IMG/VR virus record: IMGVR_UViG_3300009128_000012
Length of the DNA stretch: 64,000 nucleotides
Origin: an uncultured virus (IMG/VR IMGVR_UViG_3300009128_000012)
Taxonomy: Duplodnaviria; Heunggongvirae; Uroviricota; Caudoviricetes
Strand: one strand, 5' to 3'
In this document: one piece after another, positions 19,865 to 26,940 of the stretch
Layout: each line of letters starts with the position of its first letter
Position numbering within the stretch: position 1 is the first letter of the stretch
Program-made: the position numbers and the translations under genes
The notes under the pieces: model-generated
The model's input: only the letters and a program-made list of their open reading frames with translations
Database searches by the model: none
Told to the model about the DNA's origin: nothing

Positions 19865-20833
19865 TCACAAAGTTTTTGTCTGCACCAGAGTCCCGGTCAA
19901 AGTCTGCGACTGCAACTGGATCGTCAACACCGGCCACGTGCGCAAACTCGGTGGCAGGTACAGCACCGGCACGCGGCGCACCTCGAACGTTGTCCGGAAC
20001 TGTCTGATGTTGCTTTCCGCCGAACCCCCTGAAATGTCTACAGGACCCACCTGCTGCAAAGGCATGCGCAGGGTGCTATCCGCCGGGACGTCGGCGGTCA
20101 TCACCAGGTACGGGTTGCGCTTGAAGAACTGCAAAACCGCTGATGCCAGCGCAGCATTCTCCCGATGTGAGTCGCTGTCACCCACCAGCTGGTACGCGAA
20201 CGTGTGCACCTCCATCTGGCAGTGCAGCAGCGCACTACCGTCGCCCTGGGCCTCATCATACAGTGGCACGCGCTCTTGGTACGCCGCCGGTGCGACATCT
20301 GGACCTTCCAGCACCAGCGAGGGGTTGCTGGCCTCCTCAATCTGGATCCCATCGCGGGAGTAGTCAGCGTGAGTCACTGGCCCAGCATTTCGCAGCACCT
20401 GCCGCTTGAGCATCTGCATGAGCTGCCGCGTCACGCGCTGTAGCGGGTGCCCTAGATCCGGGATGCTATCCGACGGCCGGATCGGCTCTCGGCGGTAGGT
20501 GTAAGCGCTGGCCTTGGTCGCGGTCTCACCCGAAATTGCAACCCCGCTGTCATCCAAGTTCGTGACGACAACACTTACCGCAGTGAAAGCCTCAGCGTCG
20601 GCGTCACCGGTGTAGGCCGGCGTGACAACGGAGAGGTGGGTTGCTGAGTGAACGTGCACCTGCTCAGCCGCGACTCCATTGAACTTGACCTGCACCCGCG
20701 ACGTCAGCGTGCCAGCTTGGCCGCTGGTCGGCGCGGTGTACACGCGAAAGTTGGTGCCGGTGATCTCCACCAGCGTGCCGCCGCCCCCGTTGCCGGTGGC
20801 TGGCGTGCAGGTGCTTATGGTTGGCACGGCCAT
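19865..20833 (-). CDS. IPT/TIG-domain tail terminator / neck protein
   Basis: PTISTCTPATGNGGGGTLVEITGTNF is an IPT/TIG start; the C-terminal domain sits in the terminator (Pvc16-like) position. Confidence 0.65.
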   Translation of the reverse strand: MAVPTISTCTPATGNGGGGTLVEITGTNFRVYTAPTSGQAGTLTSRVQVKFNGVAAEQVHVHSATHLSVVTPAYTGDADAEAFTAVSVVVTNLDDSGVAISGETATKASAYTYRREPIRPSDSIPDLGHPLQRVTRQLMQMLKRQVLRNAGPVTHADYSRDGIQIEEASNPSLVLEGPDVAPAAYQERVPLYDEAQGDGSALLHCQMEVHTFAYQLVGDSDSHRENAALASAVLQFFKRNPYLVMTADVPADSTLRMPLQQVGPVDISGGSAESNIRQFRTTFEVRRVPVLYLPPSLRTWPVLTIQLQSQTLTGTLVQTKTL

Positions 20834-20836
20834 TGG

Positions 20837-21526
20837 CTACATCCCAAAAGACTGCCGCGCTACGTTGCGGCTCTGGACCGTCGGCAGCCTGTTCCCCAGC
20901 TCACCCGCCAGCTCGTTGCGGAACCACCTCTCAGTGTTCGGCTTGGTGTTGGTCTGGTTAACGTGCCAAGCAATGGGGCGACCCGGCACAGACACGCGAA
21001 CGCGCAACGTGCGGTACTTGTGCGATGTTCCACCTCCCAACTTCCGGGCCAGCCACGCTTGAACGCCCCCCGGGATGACAATGGTCTGACTGTATCCGAG
21101 CTCCAGCCGTTTGGCGAGGCGGGCTAGTGGCGTTGGCCGTGGACCTGCGGTTGTCGCACCAGGCATGAACGTGACCGAGTAGCCGGCTGACCCCTTCGCC
21201 AAGCCGGCAACCTTCTGCACCTTGAGGCTGTTGGCCATGTGCCCGCTGCGAAACCACCCCGCCTTTGCCGCCGTAAACGCCGGTGCAGCCCACGCTGTAC
21301 TGTACTGCGAGGGTACACCGTGTTGATACAGCGCCCGGGTCATCGGTGCCAGCGGGTGGCCGGCGTTGTATCCGCTCTTCATTTTCGAGGTCAACCAGAC
21401 GTGGGTGTTCCGTGCAGGTTTGTGCGTTGCTTTCATGTTCGCCGCGCGGAAGTTCTTGCTCAGGGCCTGAAACCACGCCGTGACCTCCTTGTGCAGCTTC
21501 TCGGTCTTCTTGTCGAAGGTGATCAT
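20837..21526 (-). CDS. Basic neck / tail completion protein (HK97 gp10-like)
   Basis: PLAPMT, SGHMANSL, LA..LELG, V.VPGRP motifs and position. Confidence 0.6.
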   Translation of the reverse strand: MITFDKKTEKLHKEVTAWFQALSKNFRAANMKATHKPARNTHVWLTSKMKSGYNAGHPLAPMTRALYQHGVPSQYSTAWAAPAFTAAKAGWFRSGHMANSLKVQKVAGLAKGSAGYSVTFMPGATTAGPRPTPLARLAKRLELGYSQTIVIPGGVQAWLARKLGGGTSHKYRTLRVRVSVPGRPIAWHVNQTNTKPNTERWFRNELAGELGNRLPTVQSRNVARQSFGM

Positions 21527-22062
21527 AACGCCTGCGTCCTCTCCTCCAACGAGACCAGCATCAGGTCGGTGCCGGGCCCGAAGCCCGGCGATCCAGGCGC
21601 CACCTGCTGTACATACAGACCCTCACCTGCAATAGGCACCTGCACATCCCCATCGCGCCCGGAGCCAGGCCCATACTCGATAGCTGACACCCGGTCACCC
21701 TTGCGGATCTCGCACTCGCCGGTCTTGGTGTCCAGCAGCTTCTGCTCCTCCAGATCTGTACGATGTAATACCAAAATCAGCACGGTGTTCGGGCTCTGCC
21801 CGGAGCCCAGCTGCTGCAAGTCCTCGAACCGCGGGTATTCCACCTGGCACTCGATGCGGATCGGAGGTAGCTCCTGACGCGCACTCTCCCGCACCGTGCC
21901 AGTGCCGACAGGCTTCGCCTCGTCGTAGATGATAGGCTCACGGAAGTCAGGGTCGTAGCCAGACGTGGCACTGGTGTGCGGTTGCACGGTCTTGGTGCTG
22001 GCTAGGTTGAGCCGGTGGAGCACCGCCACCGACGTCTGAAGTAGCAGCGGGACGCGGATCAT
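21523..22062 (-). CDS. Head closure / head-tail adaptor protein
   Basis: GYDPDFREP...I.CQVE...IRKGDRV; position after the connector gene. Confidence 0.55.
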   Translation of the reverse strand: MIRVPLLLQTSVAVLHRLNLASTKTVQPHTSATSGYDPDFREPIIYDEAKPVGTGTVRESARQELPPIRIECQVEYPRFEDLQQLGSGQSPNTVLILVLHRTDLEEQKLLDTKTGECEIRKGDRVSAIEYGPGSGRDGDVQVPIAGEGLYVQQVAPGSPGFGPGTDLMLVSLEERTQAL

Positions 22063-22065
22063 TGT

Positions 22066-23103
22066 CTACCCCGCAACGCCCACGTGGGGCGGCCGCATGA
22101 AGCCCTCGAGGATGGCATCGAGCCGCGGGTCTCCCGTCAGGATCGCATCACGGGATCGCGACGTGTCATAGGCCACCGCTTGGTCCCGGGTCTTGGCCAT
22201 CTTGATGCGGCCAGGCTGGTTCAGGAACGGGTCGGCTGACGTGCCAGTGCTGCTCAGCCGCCGCCCAGCCAGCGCCAACGCGACCTCCTCGATGCCGGAG
22301 GGGACACAGCCCATGGGGCCTCCGTCGGGATCGGTGCAGCCGAAGGCGCCCTTGACCTTCAACCCGAGGTTGCTTTCTGAGAACCGCGGCGGGGCGATGC
22401 CTTGGGTGGCGCTGCCGGTAGACGCGAACTGGATCTTGGGATTCTGTCGATCGTCCGGAGACAGCAACCTGTCGAGGTGCCTGTTGAACACTCGCAGGTA
22501 GTTGTTGTCCATGCTGTACGTGGAGGTCTGGCCCGTCACCAGGTTCTCGGTGAGGATGTCGATGCCGGACAACCCAATGACCGGCTGGTCAAGCCACAGC
22601 GTCGAGGACTTGGGCCGCACGCTGTGCCGCATCTCCAGATACCGCGGGAAGAAGAACCGGCCCGTGATCCGCTCGATCTCCTGCGAGGCCCACAGAAGCG
22701 CGCTTTGCCGCTCCTCCACCTTGTACTTGCTCAGCTTGGCCTGCGCAGAGTCGGCGTAGTTGACGAACTGCCGACTGCTGCGGAAGTACAGGTTGCTGAG
22801 CACCTCGAAGGTGTACGAGATGGTCTCTGTGGGCCCGCCGCTGCTGACGACGTAGCTCCAGACGATCTCGTAGGGGCCAGCTGTCAGCGCCGGGCTGAGC
22901 CCGCTTGGGTCCAGCACAGCGATGTAGTAACCGGTGGAGACCTTGGTGCCTGTGCCGTTGGCAAGCGACGTGGTGCGCGCGCTGAGCGCATAGACGTCCC
23001 ACGTGACGCTGGTCACGTCCGCAAGGAAGCCGTTTGCCTGGTGAAAGAAAGGCAGTAGCGGATTCGTTGTCGAGGAGCTGTCGCCTAGTACGATCCCAGG
23101 CAT
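22066..23103 (-). CDS. Head-tail connector (adaptor) with N-terminal Ig-like domain
   Basis: ASQEIERITGRFF...VP.GI...AL.LA...TGDPRLDAIL..F. Confidence 0.65.
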   Translation of the reverse strand: MPGIVLGDSSSTTNPLLPFFHQANGFLADVTSVTWDVYALSARTTSLANGTGTKVSTGYYIAVLDPSGLSPALTAGPYEIVWSYVVSSGGPTETISYTFEVLSNLYFRSSRQFVNYADSAQAKLSKYKVEERQSALLWASQEIERITGRFFFPRYLEMRHSVRPKSSTLWLDQPVIGLSGIDILTENLVTGQTSTYSMDNNYLRVFNRHLDRLLSPDDRQNPKIQFASTGSATQGIAPPRFSESNLGLKVKGAFGCTDPDGGPMGCVPSGIEEVALALAGRRLSSTGTSADPFLNQPGRIKMAKTRDQAVAYDTSRSRDAILTGDPRLDAILEGFMRPPHVGVAG

Positions 23104-23106
23104 CTA

Positions 23107-23427
23107 TCACCTGCCTCCAGACGGCACCGACCGGACCGCCTTCTTTAGTCGCCGAACAGAGTCCGCGAACCGAGCGCAATCCGAGTTGGTGTAGTCCAGA
23201 GACAGGCCATCAACCAGCTCCTCAGTGTCCGCGAAACGGAACACGAACTTGCTGAAACCATTCCTCCTACCGTCCCGCCGCGGCGCTCGCTCTTCCACGA
23301 GATCCGCGATGACCAGCCCACGCATCAGGCAGTAGGCGGCGAAGTCCAGATCGAAGATCTCGACGACACCGTCTTCCGCCCGCTGGTAGGCCAGAGAGCG
23401 CCTCGGCGGCTTCCTACCTCCCCCCAC
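23107..23427 (-). CDS. Small DUF5659-like protein (start uncertain)
   Basis: DLDFAAYCLMRG...FVFRF pattern; the only nearby conventional start is a GTG at 23427. Confidence 0.55.
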   Translation of the reverse strand: MGGGRKPPRRSLAYQRAEDGVVEIFDLDFAAYCLMRGLVIADLVEERAPRRDGRRNGFSKFVFRFADTEELVDGLSLDYTNSDCARFADSVRRLKKAVRSVPSGGR

Positions 23428-23884
23428 GACGACGACGCGACTTGGGCACCACGTTGGCCGTGGAGATCTCCCCGCCCTCCTTCGGGGGCGGCAGAGCCGC
23501 GGAGCGCCCGCCCGCCGGCGCCGGCTCGGGCCGGACATCCTCGGTGGTCGGGTTGTTCGCGGCCACGGTGGCTGCGGCAGCCCCCAGAGCCTGCAGAGCC
23601 AAGCCCTGCTCCTCCGCCTCGATCTGCTGCTTCTCCTCGCCGGTTACGACCTGGAAGAGCTGCTTGGCGTCGGGGTCGTTGAACTCCATCCCCTCCTGCC
23701 GGAGGGGTTCAAGCTCAGCGGCCTGCTCTCGGGTGACCCGATACCACGTGGGGCGCGGGCCGCCCTCGAACAGCTGGCCGTCCCAGTGCGAGTAGCGCTG
23801 AACCAGCCTGCCTTTTCGGGGGTTGTGAGGAAGGAGCCGGACGAAGATCTGGTCCTTCAAATTCTCGGTTGCGGTTTCAGTCAT
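23414..23884 (-). CDS. Hypothetical head-associated protein
   Basis: VRLLPHNPRKG...WYRV; position after the capsid genes. Confidence 0.6.
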   Translation of the reverse strand: MTETATENLKDQIFVRLLPHNPRKGRLVQRYSHWDGQLFEGGPRPTWYRVTREQAAELEPLRQEGMEFNDPDAKQLFQVVTGEEKQQIEAEEQGLALQALGAAAATVAANNPTTEDVRPEPAPAGGRSAALPPPKEGGEISTANVVPKSRRRRGGR

Positions 23885-23973
23885 CTTTTTTCTATACCTT
23901 GCTGTCCGTCGGTCGAACCGGTTGCCGCCTCATCGCCCGACGGGGCACGACGGGGCGACATGCTGCAGCGCTG

Positions 23974-24318
23974 CTAGTAGCAGAGCACGTTGACCTTGAA
24001 GGTCGTGGCGGACAGGTCGCCGGTGGCTGCGACCTCGACCAGCGGGCCGTCGGCCGACTCGCTGTAGTCGCCCTGCAGGACCATCAGCGTGTCGTTGGCG
24101 ACGTCGTACAGGGGGATATACCCGCCGCACTTGTCTGCCATGAACACGCCGATGATGTTGACCTGCCGGGCCAGCGCGGCTCGGACCAGGGCCCTGAAGC
24201 CGGTGGTGCCGCCTGTGGGGTAGGCGCCGTCGCCGGGGAAGCTGAGCAGCACCGCCTGGATGGGCGCCGAGGCGGCCTTGACCGTCTGGCTGGTGACGGT
24301 GATTGTTCCGAGTGCCAT
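23974..24318 (-). CDS. Putative capsid decoration/cement protein
   Basis: 114 aa with GDGAYPTGG, immediately downstream of the major capsid gene; strong GC3 bias. Confidence 0.6.
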   Translation of the reverse strand: MALGTITVTSQTVKAASAPIQAVLLSFPGDGAYPTGGTTGFRALVRAALARQVNIIGVFMADKCGGYIPLYDVANDTLMVLQGDYSESADGPLVEVAATGDLSATTFKVNVLCY

Positions 24319-24336
24319 GTTCTTTTCCTCCGCGGT

Positions 24337-24360
24337 GCGGGCCGGACGGTGCCGGCCCGC
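24337..24360 (-). terminator. Hairpin after the major capsid gene
   Basis: GCGGGCCGG-6nt-CCGGCCCGC perfect 9-bp inverted repeat; no clear U-tract. Confidence 0.4.
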
Positions 24361-24393
24361 GGGTTAGTACAGATCTTCGGGTCCGCGCGTGGG

Positions 24394-25311
24394 CTAGGAG
24401 CCCGTGACGGCGGTGGCCTTGACCCAGGCGGTCTCCTCCAGGATCTTGACGTCGAACCGCATGGTCACGACGATGATCACGACGCCGGCCGAGATGTCCT
24501 CGTCGACCTTGATCCGGATCTTCCGGTAGATGCCCAGCATGATGCTGGACGGGTCGCCCAGGATGCACTGGGTGTTGCTGCTGACCACGGGGAACTCGGG
24601 CACCGGCACGACGTCGTAGTCGTTGTAGATGCCCGGCTTCCGCTGCAGCAGGTGGTTGTCGCCCGCGGGGGTCGCCCGCTGCGCCACCTCGTCCTTGTAG
24701 TCCAGGACGGCCTTGCGGTTGGTGTAGTACTTCAGGTCCATGTTGGCGAACTCGTCCGGCATGGTGCGGAGCATGTCGCGCAGGTACTGGCGGGCCAGCT
24801 TGTTGCTGCCGGCGTTGACGGTGTTGCTGGTGATCTGCTTCAGCACGCCGTCGAACTTCTGCAGCGTGAGGTCGGAGCTAGTGGTGTCGCCGTTGATGGA
24901 CATCCACTCCATGTCGCGGCCGACCGCGTGTGACAGCTCGGTCATCACGGTGTCCTGGAACTTGCCGCGCTCGATCTGGTCCTCGAGCACCTCGTCGGTG
25001 ATGCGCACCTCCGCCTTGAAGAGCTGCGCGTCCAGCTGGACCATGGCCAGCGAGGGCTTGGCCCAGTCGGCGTTGGGCAGGGCGGTTCCTTCGGTGCCTC
25101 CGCGCAGCACGCGGTTGGCGAACCTCATCTTGTCCCTGTCCTCCTTGAAGGCGTTCATGGGGGTGACGGCGATGTCTTGGAGCAGCACGGGCTCCTTGAT
25201 GGCCAGCTGGATGAACTTGTCCGCCTGAGCCGGCCGAAGGATGCCGCTGCTTGTGAAGTCAGCGACGGCGATCTCCGCCTTGCGCAGGAGAGTCCTGTTG
25301 TCCTCGGGCAT
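24394..25311 (-). CDS. Major capsid protein (HK97 fold, XkdG-like)
   Basis: G.L.P.QADKFI, EV.ITDEVLEDQIE, DME...INGD; very strong codon bias. Confidence 0.9.
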   Translation of the reverse strand: MPEDNRTLLRKAEIAVADFTSSGILRPAQADKFIQLAIKEPVLLQDIAVTPMNAFKEDRDKMRFANRVLRGGTEGTALPNADWAKPSLAMVQLDAQLFKAEVRITDEVLEDQIERGKFQDTVMTELSHAVGRDMEWMSINGDTTSSDLTLQKFDGVLKQITSNTVNAGSNKLARQYLRDMLRTMPDEFANMDLKYYTNRKAVLDYKDEVAQRATPAGDNHLLQRKPGIYNDYDVVPVPEFPVVSSNTQCILGDPSSIMLGIYRKIRIKVDEDISAGVVIIVVTMRFDVKILEETAWVKATAVTGS

Positions 25312-25357
25312 TGTCCTGTTCCTCCTTGTCAGAACTGTTGTAAAGGGTCGCCGTGGG

Positions 25358-26821
25358 TTAGCTTTCCTGCGCCCGCTTGGCGACAGCCTCCTTGTACGCT
25401 GGATCGTTGTAGTTCATGGGGAAGAGGAGTACGTCCTCGTCACCCTCCGACGGGTCGTCGTCCGCGCCGTCCGATGCGGGCACGCCCACGCTCTTCCGGG
25501 CCTTGACGATGATGCCCTTGAGCCGCTCCACCTCGCTCTCGAGGTGCTCGATGGTCTTGAGCTGCTCGGCCTTCTCGACGTCTTCCTCGTCCTCCGACTC
25601 GGGGTCGTCCCCCTCGGCGGGCGTCGGGTCGTCCTCGTCCTCTGACTCGGGGTCGGGGTCAGGGTCGTCCTCGCTCTCGGGGTCGTCGTCCTCGTCCTCC
25701 GCGGGTGCCGGGTCGTCGTCCTCGTCGGCCTCGGGGTCGGCGGGTGGGTCCTCGTCCTCGGAGGGCTCCTCCGGGTCAGGGTCCGGGTCGGCGGGCGGGT
25801 CCTCGGAGGGCGTGGGCTCGGGGTCGTCCTCCTCGCCCTTGGCGACGGTGTCCTCCACCGTGTCCAGTCGCCCTTCGATGTCCATGAGCTGCAGGGACAT
25901 CGAGGCCTCGTCCACGTCCTCGGACTTGCTGACGGCCGCGGCGTGGCGGTCCACCAGCCCCTGGACGATGTCGCGCAGGCGGCGTGCTTCGCGCAGCGTG
26001 CGGGCGTCGACGTCGTTGTTCTTCTCGGCCCTGGTGCAGAGGTTGAGCGCCCGGGTGGCCACGTCGCGCAGCGTGCTGGCGAACTTGCGCGCCCCCTTGG
26101 CGACGCACAGCCCGTCGTATAGGGCTTGCAGGTTGTCGCGGATCCGGCCGATCTCGGCCTTGGCCACGTCGGACACTTCCTCGCCGGCGGTGCTGGCCAG
26201 CAGCGCTGCGTCCTGGGCCAGGCCTCGCATGAAGTCGTGGGCGGCTTTGCCCAGCGCGGCCTCGTCCGGCTCGTCCTCTCCGAAGGGCGCCGGCAGCTTG
26301 GGCAGCTTCTCGCTCTTGGCGACGCCGAGCTCGGCGGCCATGTCGATCATGCGCCCCAGCTCCTGCTCGATGGTCGGCAGTAGGGCCGGGTCCATCTCGC
26401 CGAAGTCCACCATCATGTGGGCGGTGTTCAGCCCCATCTCGGCGAACTCGCGCAGCTGAGCACCCGGGTCGCACTTGACGGCCGGTTCGGGCTCCGGCTC
26501 GGGCTCCGGCTCGGGGTCTGACTCCGCAGGCTCCGGGTCGGCCGGTGGATCGCCCGAGGGCCCGGGGTCGTCGCCTCCGAGCTTCTTGGACAGATCGGCC
26601 ACCTGGCCGCTCAGGTCGTTGAGAAGCTCCACCGCTTCCTGCAGGTTCTCGACCGCGCCCTCCGTGGGGGTGATCTCCGGCTCGTTGGGCATTGCCTCCT
26701 CCTTGAACACGAGAAACCGACGCTGGTTCGCAGCCCTGTCTACCAGGTCCACCTTGTCCGGCTCGATTTCCTTGAGGCGGCGCCGGCGTCGATCTTGCTC
26801 GTCTGATGGTGTATCGGCCAT
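25358..26821 (-). CDS. Acidic scaffold-like protein with XkdF N-terminal motif
   Basis: RRLKEIEPDKVDLVDRAANQRRFLVFK; D/E/P low-complexity tracts; coiled coil; directly upstream of the capsid gene. Confidence 0.7.
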   Translation of the reverse strand: MADTPSDEQDRRRRRLKEIEPDKVDLVDRAANQRRFLVFKEEAMPNEPEITPTEGAVENLQEAVELLNDLSGQVADLSKKLGGDDPGPSGDPPADPEPAESDPEPEPEPEPEPAVKCDPGAQLREFAEMGLNTAHMMVDFGEMDPALLPTIEQELGRMIDMAAELGVAKSEKLPKLPAPFGEDEPDEAALGKAAHDFMRGLAQDAALLASTAGEEVSDVAKAEIGRIRDNLQALYDGLCVAKGARKFASTLRDVATRALNLCTRAEKNNDVDARTLREARRLRDIVQGLVDRHAAAVSKSEDVDEASMSLQLMDIEGRLDTVEDTVAKGEEDDPEPTPSEDPPADPDPDPEEPSEDEDPPADPEADEDDDPAPAEDEDDDPESEDDPDPDPESEDEDDPTPAEGDDPESEDEEDVEKAEQLKTIEHLESEVERLKGIIVKARKSVGVPASDGADDDPSEGDEDVLLFPMNYNDPAYKEAVAKRAQES

Positions 26822-26940
26822 GTGTTGATCCGCTTACTATTTTCAAGATTCACGCGGCAAAGTCAAGAATATTTCACAGCAACACCATTCCGCTAAACTG
26901 ATGTTGCGTGACGCACACGTGGATTTTGAGGTGCTTAGAG

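Noticed and set aside
25560..25840. Repetitive GGGTCGTCCTC-type tract as a CRISPR array or DGR repeat
   Set aside because: It encodes D/E/P low-complexity scaffold sequence; no spacers, cas genes or reverse transcriptase in the window.
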